NCBI GenBank assembly: GCA_964016885.1
Contig: OZ024742.1
Span: 253,456,001-253,520,000, forward strand
Direction of reading: 5' to 3'
DNA from: Eledone cirrhosa
Lineage: Eukaryota
Length of the DNA stretch: 64,000 nt
The stretch's first letter is position 1. Each line of letters opens with the position of its first letter. The translations under genes were made by a program, and so were the position numbers. Under the pieces are notes generated by a model, which searched no databases, was not told the DNA's origin, and saw nothing but the letters and a program-made list of their open reading frames with translations. Positions 38,400-50,268 of the stretch are shown here, piece after piece.

Positions 38400-39160
38400 A
38401 ACTACAAACTAATTGTTTTCCCCTTTGAAATAATCCCCCTTGAGTTTAAAGGACTTTCCCATCCTTCTCCGTGCAATCCCGGAAGGATTCTCCACAGCTC
38501 TGTTGTCACCCCACTCTTGATGGCTTCCAGGTCTGGAAAACTGGTTCCCTCCATGACCCTCTTGAGCTTGAGGAAAAAGAAAGAAAATCGCACAGAGCCA
38601 GGTCAAGTGAGTAGAGAGGCTGCTTCAGCACTGCGATGTACTTTTTTGCCAGGAATTGCTGAATGCTCATGATGTTGTGAGCCGGTGAATTGTCATGCCT
38701 AAGCAGCCATGAGTTGTCCTGCCAAACGTTGTCAGGGTCCAGGCCCAGTTAACTTGTCATTAATCAAAAAGTCAGCCGACAATTACCACAAACCACCTGC
38801 CTCAAATGCTCAAAGTTGGCCTCAGATCTGCTCATTGAAGTCCTCCCACTCTTGGGGTCATCTTCCATGCCCTCTTTGAACCTTTTGTGCCACTTGTACA
38901 GTATTCCTGCAGTATTCTGAGAGCTTTCTCCAGCTGCAACAAAAACTTCAGGTTGGTTCATTAATCTGTGCCCATTTCTCAATGGCCTAAAAGTGAGGAG
39001 CTGTTAACAAAAGCATGTGAAAAACATACAATGACTACAGGGAGATGAGATTGCAGTTATATACTCCATGGATATTATGTTACACAGTGATGCAACCTGA
39101 TAATCCCTACCTAACTCATAGCTCGCATAACACACTGTTACTTTTCTGACACATCTTGTA
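38400..39160 (-). mobile_element. Degraded mariner transposon remnant
   Basis: LYKWHKRFKEG.EDDPKSGR, FFLFP.LK..G..F and KGDYF pieces. One end CTTTTCTGACACATCTTGTA resembles the TIR at 6849. Confidence 0.8.
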
Positions 39161-39177
39161 TATATATACATAGGGGC

Positions 39178-39340
39178 AGTGGATTGGCAGTATCGGTAGA
39201 GGGTCGGACGCCATGCTTTGATGCATAGAGTTACGGTCCTTGCCATTCTGAGTTCAAATCCCGCCGAGGTTAACTTTGCCTTTCATCCTTACGGGGTCGA
39301 TAAAATAAAGTACCAGTAATGCAAAAGTAGAAACAATTAT
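39178..39340 (+). mobile_element. SINE family B
   Basis: Same motifs as 36368-36560. Confidence 0.9.
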
Positions 39341-39411
39341 TTAACTTGAATCTGCCACTTATATATATATATACATATATATATATACTTTATACATATA
39401 TATATATAAGT

Positions 39412-39571
39412 ACACACGAAAAACATAGGTGGTGAGAGCAGACCTCAGATCGCTGAAGCTCATGGAGAAGATGACAAAGAACTGTGACAAATGGAGAGAT
39501 GCCGTGCTTAATAAGATTCATCCCACCCTTGCAAGCAGGGAAAAGCAGACGTAAAATGATGATGATGGTGA
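39412..39571 (+). mobile_element. RTE LINE extreme 3' fragment
   Basis: Homologous to 29150-29310. Confidence 0.9.
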
Positions 39572-39824
39572 TATACACACACACACACACACATATTTAT
39601 ATATATGTATGTATATAAATATATATATACATACATACAAGCAGAAACACTGCCCTCCAGGTGGCTTTCTGCTAATGTAAATAGATGTATGTATATTTCA
39701 TAAAATATCTATCAATGTATAGATAATGGAAAACTATATCTTTGGCAAGAAAATTATATGAATTCACAACAACATATTTCACCTTGTGTTTAATTTAATA
39801 CAACAGTTTATTCTCTACAACATT

Positions 39825-40530
39825 TATAATGTTAGGTACATGTCACACACACTATGATGGCATATCATTGGTAAAAACAATACAGTGTAACGTTAATCTG
39901 TTATCTATGTCACACTACGATGGTGTAACATTGGTAAAGACAGAATATAATATATTGTTAGATACATGTCACACTGGTGGTGTAACATTGGTAAACACAG
40001 CATATATATTGTCAAGTTATCTATGTCACACTGGTGGTGTAACATTGGTAAAGACAGAATATAATATATTGTTAGATACATGTCACACTGGTGGTGTAAC
40101 ATTGGTAAAGACAGCATATATATTGTCAAGTTATCTATGTCACACTGGTGGTGTAACATTGGTAAAGACAGAACATAATGTATTGTTATGTTATCTATGT
40201 CACACTGGTGGTGTAACATTGCCAAAGTCAGAATGTAATATATTGTTAGATACATGTCACACTGGTGGTGTAACATTGGCAAAGACAGAATATAATATAT
40301 TGTTAGGTTATCTATGTCACACTGGTGGTGTAACATTGGTAAAGAGAGCACATAATATATTGTTAGGTTATCTATGTCACACTGGTGGTGTAACATTCGT
40401 AATGACAGAATATGATATATTGTTAGGTTATCTATGTCACACTACAATGGAGTAACATTGGTAAAGAGAGCACATAATATATTGTTAGGTTATCTATGTC
40501 ACACTACAATGGAGTAACATTGGTAAAGAA
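39825..40530. repeat. 57/60-bp minisatellite, ~12 units
   Basis: TGTCACACTGGTGGTGTAACATTGGTAAAGACAGAATATAATATATTGTTAG(GTT)ATCTA repeated. Confidence 0.96.
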
Positions 40531-41239
40531 TAGTTTTCACAGTATTGACTGATTCCCATTCTTATATCTCAATTTTCCAATGAATTATGCAATAATCTCT
40601 TATTTGAAATGTCATTGTCTGAATTTTTCATTTCAACATTTGACACCGAATATTTTTGTAAATGAATATAACATGAATCACTAGACAAAGGTCTATGCTG
40701 TTCTTTTTATGTAAATCTAATTTTTAAAATATTTGTAGCATGTTATTTTCCTAATTCATTTTTTCTTTTCTTTTTTTATTGGTTTCAGTGATTTAACTGT
40801 GGCCATGCAGGAGCACCACACTCATCAAATCTGCCTCAAAAGTTATTTTTAAAGTTTAGTACTGATTTTAACAATGACGTTTTAGTCAAACTGCTAAGTT
40901 ATGGGACATAAATAGAAACACAGACATAAGATGGGACATAGATACACACGCCCCCTCCCCCCACACACACACATATGACAGGCTCCAGCAGTTTATGTCT
41001 ACAAAATTCCACTTTCAAGGTATCAGCCAACCTGTAGCTATAGTAGAAGACATTTGCCCAAAGTGCCTCCTTAACCACACAGACTTGTCTATACCTACTT
41101 TTTAAGTAGATGAACATAACATGAGTTGCTTGACAGACATTTGTGTTGTTTCTTGCTGTAAATCTATTACTGTTGCTTCTTCTTGGTTATTGAAGTATGG
41201 GAAGCTAGCAGACTTACTAAATGTGTACACTTTATAGAC

Positions 41240-41526
41240 CAGGGGTGTACAACAGGCCTGTCAAAGTGGTCCACGCTGACTGTTTTTAATTTTTACTTTG
41301 TAGGCTTATTTAGAATTTTTTTCATAACCATAATACAATTTTCTGTTAGTTGACCTATACTAAAAGGCTTCACTGGTAGGATTGTGTGTGTTATAATTTC
41401 CCAGTTCCATGTTATGGAAAGAAGTTGTGGTGAATCTTTGGAATAGTGCTTAATAAATATTAATGGCCCTAATGTTGTTCCAATGTTCAAAAGTGGCCTG
41501 CCAATGGAATATGTTGCACACCCCTG
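41240..41526. mobile_element. hAT-type MITE
   Basis: TIRs CAGGGGTGTACAAC / GTTGCACACCCCTG; 8-bp TSD TTATAGAC / CTATAGAC. Confidence 0.88.
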
Positions 41527-41882
41527 CTATAGACCAGTATGTTATTCTACGGGCACTCTGCTGATGAGTTGTAATTAACCTGGATCGCATAACATTTGCC
41601 AATGTTACACAATCCTCTGCATATAACACATTTGATAACTGTTATAGGCAGAAGACTACAATGAAATGCTATCCAGGAGATCAATCAGTGAAACCAATAC
41701 CTGAAAACTGCCATAAAACTCACTCACTAACTAATTGTGTCTGCTCTGTAATGCAATGTACAGCCAATCAACTGAACACTTGTTATCTCATTGAGCATGT
41801 GAGCTATGGACAGCAGTCACTAAAATAAATTTGGTGCTGTCCGGAATTTATATATAAACATATTATTCAAGTTGATTGGGCA

Positions 41883-42100
41883 GTGGATTGGCAGTATTGG
41901 TAGAGCATTGGACAACATGCTTTACCGCATATATTTATGCCCCTACAAATTCTAAGTTCAAATCATGCTGAGGTTTGCTTGCCTTTTATCCATACAGGAT
42001 TGATAAAATATAGTACCTGTAATGCACTGGGGTCAATTTAATCGATTTTTCCTTACTCTCAAATTGTTGGACTTGTGCCTAAATCAGAAATCATTATTCA
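41883..42100 (+). mobile_element. SINE family B, older copy
   Basis: Diverged match to the other family B copies. Confidence 0.8.
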
Positions 42101-42295
42101 AGTTGACAGAGGGCTAGTTACATTTAAACTGATGCAGTTATTTCAGTTAATAGGGGGCTAATTACTATCTGTAGGGACAATTTATGTTTCTTTCATAGCC
42201 AGATAATTAATAAAAAACACTGTCAATGATTTTCTAAACATTTTGAAAATTATTCAGAATTTGGAAGCATTTATTAACATAAGAATCTAACCTAA

Positions 42296-42605
42296 GATGC
42301 CATGTGCTGTGACATGTTCTCCAGCTCCAGCCTTTTCACTTCAGTCCCATACATGTGTTGGGATACCACATGCTGTGACATGTTCTTCAACCTTGTCACT
42401 TCAGTCACAAACCTGGGATGGGATGCCACATGTTGTGAGATGTTCTCTACCCTTGTCACTTCAATCACAATATAACTTGGGATGTTACATGTTGTGACAT
42501 GTTTTCCAACCTTTTCACTTCAGTTACAAACCCGGGTTAGGATGCCACATGCTGTTACACTTTCTCTACCTCCTTAAGTCTTGTCACTTGAATCACAAAC
42601 TTGGG
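42296..42605. repeat. ~60-bp minisatellite, five units
   Basis: GGATGCCACATGCTGTGACATGTTCT..CCTTGTCACTTCAGTCACAAAC at 42296, 42361, 42421, 42480 and 42540. Confidence 0.9.
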
Positions 42606-42759
42606 CACCACTGCCAGAAATGTGGAGGAAAGGGAGATAACTAAACACTAGTACTTGACTGATTGCTTCCTTTTTGTATTAGTGGCCATCAAGACTTTGT
42701 GTGTTCTCAGTCAACAAAATTAGAAGGAGTACATACTACTAGAGGACTGAGCCCAGTGA

Positions 42760-43205
42760 GGCAGCGTGGCTGCTGCAGTGGGTATCACAGCAGGAGAGTA
42801 TCTTGCTAGAAGAGGACACCCTGTGAGGTGTAATGGGTGTCACAGGAGGAGGGAGCCCTGTGGCATAGAGTGACTAGTACAGAAGGTGCCACTTGCTTTT
42901 GTAAAGGGTGTCACACGAGGAGGGAGCCCTGTGAGGGAGAGAGTGGCTGATGTAGTGGATGTCACAAGAGGAGCATATCCTGCTAGAGGAGAGAGCTCTA
43001 TGAGATAGAGATCAGCTTGTGAAGTGGGTGTTACAGAAGGACGAAGTCCTGTGATGTAGAGTGGTTGGTGGTTGTCACAGGAGGAAGGAGCCCTGTGAGG
43101 TAGAGAGTTGCTGGCGTAGCAGGTGTCACAGGAGGAGTGCATCCTACTAGATAAGGGAGCCCTGCAACACAGAATGACTGGTGCAGCAGGTGCCACTTGC
43201 TTTTC
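42760..43205. repeat. Degenerate composite tandem repeat
   Basis: Recurring GTCACAGGAGGA..GAGCCCTGTGAGGTAGAGAGT units. Confidence 0.7.
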
Positions 43206-43414
43206 CCCATGACAATGTCTTTGCCCTTTTGTCCGTAGACACAGCTTAGGTATACCACCTAAACTTGAGTGTAGAGTCTGTTGTTCCTACTCTACTTTCC
43301 TTTACTTTTGCTACTTAAATTTTTTCTCCTTTTTTCATTTTTTTTTCTTTGTTTTTTTTTCTTTATTTTTAATATGCAAATGTAGATGAATTGTAAATAT
43401 TATTCTTTTATTTT

Positions 43415-43690
43415 TAATAATGTTTCAAACCATAGATTAAAAAACAAAAACTACCTAATTATTATATTGGTGTTCGGAACATAATTTAACAAAGTTTCTT
43501 ATGTGAAATTATGATGGGAGGTTTTAGATAAATATAAACACATTAACACTTTCATTATCATATTTCTAATGAAAGACAGTATCTATATTTTCCAAAAAAT
43601 TTTGAAATTGAAGATAATCAAGAACTTGGAGTTATAAAGTTGGTGTTTAGAATATAACTTAATGAAGGTTTTTACATGAAATTATGAGGG
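43415..43690. repeat. Dispersed repeat with ~185-bp tandem subunits (second locus ~63165-63540)
   Basis: Shared TTTCTAATGAAAGA, GATAATCAAGAA and GAAATTATGATGG..GTTTT(T)AGATAAATATAA. Confidence 0.7.
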
Positions 43691-44015
43691 TTCAGGCATG
43701 GCTGTATCATTTAGTTCACGTTGCAGTCATTTGATTTGGCATTCAGTCCCCCTATGTGCCACCTTGGCTGAATGTCTTCTACTAGAGTCCGAAGTTCACC
43801 AACGTCACATCAGTGAAACTTAGTAAAAAGAGACTGTGTGGAAGTTTGTCATATGCATGTGTATGAGTGTGTGTGTGTGTGTGTCTTTGTTTGTTTATGT
43901 TGCGTAACTTAGTGGTTCAAGAAAACTGTGATTCATAAAATCAGTAGCAAACTGGAGTCAATATGATCAAATACATCAAGATAGTGCCCTGGTATGACCG
44001 TAGCCTAATGATTAA

Positions 44016-44235
44016 CCCTTTAGCATTTACATTACTCTATATATACTATTATATTTCCATTGTATAGGCTTTATCTCGCATAATTATCTCACATAATATT
44101 GAATCTACGAGATTTTAAAAGTATTCATTTTGAGAACAATATCTTAACATCAGTTTGAGCAACCGGTTACAGCCAGTTTCAACAGAAGGAGGTAGAGTAT
44201 TCTGGCCGGTTTTGGCCAGTTTGAACATTAAAGGG
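44016..44235. mobile_element. piggyBac-type MITE
   Basis: TTAA|CCCTTTAG ... TAAAGGG|TTAA. Confidence 0.88.
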
Positions 44236-44369
44236 TTAAAAACAGTAAAAGAATAAAATATGATATATAGACATTCTGATCGAAAGATTTACTACTAATC
44301 AAATTGCCAGGTAATTTATTGAAAAAAAAAAATGAAAAAAATTACTTAATCTTTTTTGATTACATTCAT

Positions 44370-44720
44370 TCACACAATCTTTCTCTCACTGTCTCACATA
44401 CACCCTTTCTCTTACTCTGTCTCACACACACTCTTTCTCTCACTGTGTCTCACACACACCCTTTCTCTTACTCTGTCTCACACACACCCTTTCTCTCACT
44501 GTCTCACTCTTATTCTGTCTCTCTCATACTCTCACTCTTTCTTTCTCTATCTATCTCTCTTGACCACACTGACGTACACTTTCATTCTATCTCTCCCACT
44601 CTATTTTTCCATTTCTCTACCAAACTCACACTTTCCCTTCCTCTCCTCTACCACCCGCTCATTTCTTCTCTCCTCTCCTCTCTCCCACACTCTCATACCA
44701 TCTGCCCCTCTTCCACCCCT
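44370..44720. repeat. Pyrimidine-rich ~28-30 bp tandem and low-complexity repeat
   Basis: CACACACCCTTTCTCTTACTCTGTCTCA repeated. Confidence 0.85.
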
Positions 44721-44899
44721 TCGTCTATGTTTCCATATTCTAGCAAATATTATTCCATAAAAATCACGTTGTAGATTAGGCAACTTTCTTTTTTTTTTTT
44801 CTTTAGCAAAAATTCAATCATGGAATTAAAACAGTATTAATTATATTGTCACCATAGAAACCATCAGAAGACATTGTAAATGAGCTGATGATGGCGTTC

Positions 44900-45063
44900 A
44901 CAGGGTCGGACGTCATGCTTTCCAGTATAGTTACGTCCCTTTACGGTTTGAGTTCAAATCCCGTCGAGGTTAACTTTGCCTTTCATCCTTACGGGGTCGA
45001 TAAAATAAAGTACCAGTAATGCACTGGATAATTGCTGGCCTTGTGCCAATAGTAGAAACAATT
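44900..45063 (+). mobile_element. SINE family B, 5'-truncated
   Basis: B box and Deu/Nin-like domain are intact. Confidence 0.88.
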
Positions 45064-45145
45064 AACATATAGACACTCACATACACTCGCACATACACAT
45101 GCACAAAGATGCACACATCCACACATATGCCCATTCACTAAGAAA

Positions 45146-45241
<96 letters not shown>

Positions 45242-45249
45242 TATGTATA

Positions 45250-45285
<36 letters not shown>

Positions 45286-45314
45286 CATGTGTGTGTGTAT
45301 ATATATATATGTAT

Positions 45315-45654
45315 GGAGGCACATGGCTTAGTGGTTAGAGCATTGGTCTTGCAATCGAAAGGTTGTGAGTTCAATTCTCAGACTGGGTGATGTGTTGTTT
45401 CCTTGAGCAAGACACTTTATTCACATTGCTCCAGTTTACTCAGCTGTAGAAATGAGATGATAGGGACTGGGATCCCTATCATTCCACTGCAAAGTGGTCG
45501 TGGAGGTGTCACGGCAAAAAAGCACCCAGCACTCACTGTAAATGAGGTTGGTGTTAGGAAGGGCATCCAGCTGTAGAAATCAAGCCACAATCAGTTCCCG
45601 TCCCACCCTTGCAAGCAGGGAAAAGCGGACGTAAAATGATGATGATGATGATGA
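45315..45654 (+). mobile_element. SINE family A, full length
   Basis: Near-identical to 34131-34468. Confidence 0.95.
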
Positions 45655-45855
45655 TATATATGTATGTATATATATATATACACACACACACACACAGAAT
45701 GTATTTTGTTTTGTGCGGACAGCAGCTAAAGCGGTCAAGGCATATATTTAAGCAGTGTTTATCAGATTCTAGTTGAGAGAGTATATTCCAGGTGCCTGAT
45801 ATGATGCCTGTATATGCATGACATCAGGCAGCATATATATATATATATATATATA

Positions 45856-45967
45856 ACGAAGGAAATGTTGTAACGAACCAGGTGGACCATAACGCACCAA
45901 AGTACTCAATACTTGAGGTAGTAGAGTGGGTAATAGGAACCAGTAAGACCCCGGGGTCTTACTGGTT

Positions 45968-45972
<5 letters not shown>
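45856..45972 (-). mobile_element. Short element: perfect palindrome plus conserved tail, inside (TA)n
   Basis: TAGGAACCAGTAAGACCCC|GGGGTCTTACTGGTTCCTA joined to the reverse complement of TTACCCACTCTACTACCTCAAGTATTGAGTACT (compare 34608-34650). Confidence 0.75.
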
Positions 45973-46014
<42 letters not shown>

Positions 46015-46166
46015 CGTGAAGTTGTGTATCTGGCGACATACGGAATGTTTATAAATAAACATACCGTATATCAGTTTTCAAATTCATAGTGAAAGGCTTT
46101 CAAAATGTTTATTTATAAACCACTAAGTATCCCCCATGCATTGAGTACTTCCATGATTAGTGGTAG

Positions 46167-46358
46167 GTGAACAGTGAACTGCATTGATGAAGGGCAATCA
46201 CACAGAAAAATTAGTGTCTGCAGTTCTGTTTACATGCCAACTCATGATCTAGAATGAGGGGCTCATTCTACTTACATGGCTTAAAAAAGAAGCTGTTTGC
46301 ATAATTGCAAACAAATCGATTATTATTATTAATATTCAAAAAACTCAGATTCCATTTA
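46167..46358 (+). ncRNA. Second, decayed copy of the 3326 hammerhead plus tail
   Basis: Stem I GAACTGCA/TGCAGTTC is perfect; the core is mutated to TTGATGA and GAAAA. The downstream ~125 nt is homologous to 3392-3518. Confidence 0.7.
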
Positions 46359-46370
46359 TTATATATATAT

Positions 46371-46663
46371 ATCATCATCATCATCATCATTTTACGTCCA
46401 CTTTTCCCTGCTTGCAAGGGTGGGACAGGAACTGATTCTGGCTTGATTTCTACAGCTGGATGCCCTTCCTAAAACAAACCTCATTTACAGTGAGTTGTGG
46501 GTGCTTTTTTGCCGTGGCACCTCCACGACCACTTTGCCGTGGAATGATATGGACGCCAGTCCCTATCATCTCATTTCTACAGCTGAGTAAACTGGAGCAA
46601 TGTGAAATAAAGTGTCTTGCTCTAGGAAACAACACATCACCCGGTCTGAGAATTGAACTCACA

Positions 46664-46694
<31 letters not shown>

Positions 46695-46819
46695 GTGGTA
46701 AAACACTGGTAGGTTATATCCACAGTAGTAGAGCACTCTGTCCATAGGACTAGTTTGGTAGAAGTTAGTTCCACAACAGTTAATTAACCATTGCTGAGGA
46801 TAATTGTGGAACTAATTTC

Positions 46820-46852
<33 letters not shown>

Positions 46853-47052
46853 CAGTAACTACATTATCCACCATGTCCTTCTTGTTTTAAAATGGTAGAG
46901 TTTAATTTCTGGAAGAGTGACTGCTGTTTCTTGTAAGTTGAGCAACTATGTTGAAGCATCCTCATTGACTGATCAATGTCGCTGTTTTTGTTGCTGTTAA
47001 AATATCTCTCGATTGCAAGGCTAATGCTCTAACCACTATGACATGTGCCTCC
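46371..47052 (-). mobile_element. SINE family A split by a ~340-bp insertion
   Basis: Body at 46371-46667 and head at 47009-47052 join into the consensus. Confidence 0.88.
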
Positions 47053-49604
47053 ATATATATATATATAAAGAACGCCTACATACTTATACAATTTTTTATT
47101 CGCTAACAATGTTTCATCCATACTGTGGCCCCAGCAAAACTTGTAACCTGTGCCTTCTGGAGTCTCACGCCATAATATACTCTAGATGTAACCTGCTCAA
47201 TAGGAGATCAGAAATATTTTCTTCTTGCATACATAGGAATCTTTGTTCCTTTTACCACTTTAAGCCAATTAGCTAGATCCACCGGTTATCACTCCCCCCT
47301 CTTCGGCAGCTCTGTAACACTCCTTAGCCTATCTCCTTAACCAAATAACTTCTCCTCATGTTGACCCTCCTCGGTATGTAATTTTGTATGCCTGTGGCCC
47401 ATGTGTTCTATTGCACTTGTGTATTGCTTGACAATCGGATGTTTCTGGCTGGCCCGGCCCACTACACGGATGTCTGAGTTCCCAGGGGTGAACCCCACAT
47501 GACCTACACTTCGTGAGTTCCCTACTACCACTCAACTCGAGGGTTGCTGGGGTGTATGGATACGTCTGGCCCTAGTGTGGGGCGGGGATTCAAACTTTAA
47601 ATGGTTGTATGGTTGGTCCCTGATGGATGGCATAACGTCCAAATAAATATATCTCCTGGGTTATGGACAGAACTCTTTTGGGTATAACACCCTATAGTTA
47701 ATACGCGGGAGGTAATTCACCTGGTCACCCTACTTGGTGTGGTCCCACAGACTCCTATGGGAGTACCTAGTTCCATATATAGACTCGTCTTGCTGCAGGA
47801 AATACGTACACTGCCTACTCCTCCTACTTAGTAATGGCTATAACTGCTACCTATTGTGAGGATAGACCCCGTACCTACACCTATGTATTGAGTTAGGGTT
47901 CTCTTTGGCATAATACCTATATATAATGCCATCTGTTTGAACCAGACTCAGTATGAACACTTCCCCATAGTAGCATTAGTATAGTAAATTTAGGTCTTAT
48001 GGACAAATCCTACGTTACGTTAATCTGGGATTTAATAGCATATGGTATAGTCCACTTGGCGGCCCTAGGAGTCTAACAATAATATAGCTCATTATTGATA
48101 TGAATCTTATTGACACAGTGTGGTAACTCACTTGGAGGAATTTTCTGTGGCGATTGAAAATAAATACTCTCATAGATGACGTGATAGAGTAGTCCCCCTT
48201 TCTCTGCCATTGCGACATTATTAACTAGTGACTGAAAAGAGTAATACCCCGTATGTGCCTTTTACGTCATAGATTGGTATGTATATACCTATCGGCATTG
48301 TGAGGAACTGTGAAGCGGCGGTGTTTATTTTTTGCGGAGCCGGGTTCTTGGATTGTTGCGGAGTACGGGAGCTGCCATGTATGACTAGTGTATACCTGCA
48401 TGTGTACGACCTCAATTGACAGACTTGCTGTTGTGCCTGGTGGAATTAGGGATCTGATCTGAGCACTTTTATTTGATTTTCTGTGTTGCTTGTTGATCCA
48501 CGTGCTGCGCGCGAGGGGTCAACGAGAATTTACTGCTGCATGTAATCAGGCAATATTTGGACGCGGTTGTGATTGGAATGCGGAGTGTGTTACATATAAT
48601 CTTAGGAGGATTTGGAGTTATAACTTGGTTATAACTTGGACATGTAACACATCTCAATCTGGAGTTTCGAGCGTGTGAGGATTTGGATGTGTAAAATAAG
48701 CTTGTAACACATAGTACCATATGTGCTGGTATGTATTGGTGAACATATGAATACGGTTGGATTACCATCTACGGACGATCTTCATTTGTTATGACCTCTC
48801 GCCGACCGGATTACCATCTACGGTTGATCCACATGTATCATGACTTCTCACCATATTGCCTTATACAGTGACTAAACTATGTTTGTTGTGTTTTGATTGC
48901 TTCAGCTTGTTTTGATTGCTTCCGCTTGTTTTGATTGCCTCAGCTTGTTTATGTATTAACCCCGCTTTGTCTGTGTTTGGCTCAGATCGGTGTGGTGCCT
49001 GTCCATGTGCAAGTTTAACACCTCTTGTCCACACAATTCCAGAACCTACTGCTATACCTTGTTTGCGCATACTATGGGGAGGGGGATAAAATCCCCTTTA
49101 GACCTTCTTAAGATACGTTATGGATCTCATAGTATTCCATGACTCTAAGGCATGGGAAACTAAATCACCTCTCTTCTATAGTAACTATTGCATACCCTCC
49201 TTTGTTGATTCTTCATATGCCTCAATTTATTTTTTCCTTTCCCCATTTGTTTAATTACTATTATGTATTTTTTTTATTATTATTTTTAATGTTCTAATTT
49301 TTTAATTTTTAATTTTTAGGTTTTAAAATTATTTTAATTATTTAAAAATATTTTAAAATACTTTTACTTATATTTTTGTAATTTTTAAATGTTTTAATTC
49401 GTTTAAATTTTTTTTAAAAAGTTTTTTAATTATTTTTAATTACTTCCAATTATTTTTAATTATTATTTTTAAATTATGTTTCTTAAAATCCTTTTTTTAT
49501 ATATTTTTAAATATATTTTTTAATTATCTTTAAGTGCTTAAGATTGCTTTTGTATGCCTTCACATGCCCCAGTCTCTTGTGGCAAAATCTGCCTGTGTTA
49601 TTGT

Positions 49605-49787
49605 ATTTGGCAGTATCAGTAGAGAGTCGGACGCCATGCTTTCCAGCATAGTTACGTCCCTTTACGGTCTGAGTTCAAATCCCGCCGAGGTTAACTTTGC
49701 CTTTCATCCTTACGGGGTCGATAAAATAAAGTACCAGTAATGTATTGGGTAATTGCTGGCCTTGTGCCAAAAGTAGAAACAGTTATT
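49605..49787 (+). mobile_element. SINE family B inserted in the PLE 3' region
   Basis: Consensus family B motifs. Confidence 0.9.
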
Positions 49788-49950
49788 GTATTATCATGCT
49801 TTGTTATAATGTTGACTAATAAACCAAGTACGCATTCTCTCCATCCTTCTCATATCCAATCTCCCTCATGCTATCCTGTACTGTTTCTCTACTGTTCTGG
49901 TGACTAAGCTTGGTAGAGCTTATATTCAGCACTATATTTTTTATTGATTA

Positions 49951-49997
49951 CGCTCTGAGGATTCCTGCCCCACGGTATGGATGAAACATTGTTAGCG
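49951..49997 (+). ncRNA. Minimal type I hammerhead motif
   Basis: CGCT/AGCG stem I; CTGAGGA; TCC..GGA stem II; GAAAC-att-GTT. Followed by AATAAA. Confidence 0.65.
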
Positions 49998-50139
49998 AAT
50001 AAAAATTGTATAAGTATGTAGGCGTTCTTTGATTTATTTTATCTATAACGGCTCTGTTTCGTACATTTAGCTAATACGATACTGTCATAAATATGACACT
50101 ATGCAGATGTGCTTATGTACATATGATCCGTTGTGTACG

Positions 50140-50178
<39 letters not shown>

Positions 50179-50268
50179 AGTATATGTTGGTTGTTTACCG
50201 ACACCTGAGTATGCAGATTGGAGCACTCGACGAAGTACGCAGGTTGGTTTGGTTACTCCGGAGTAATG

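Larger units (their letters stand above)
47067..50030 (+). mobile_element. 5'-truncated Naiad-type PLE with an inverted 5' pLTR piece and a ~2.7-kb 3' region
   Basis: 47067-47123 is the reverse complement of 49975-50030. GIY-YIG C-terminus PYCGPSKTCNLCLLE..LLNRRSEIFSSCIHR at 47118-47276. Confidence 0.8.

Noticed and set aside
39825-40530. CRISPR-like look (palindromic repeat at regular spacing)
   Set aside because: The intervening sequences are themselves repeated, the context is eukaryotic, and there are no cas genes.
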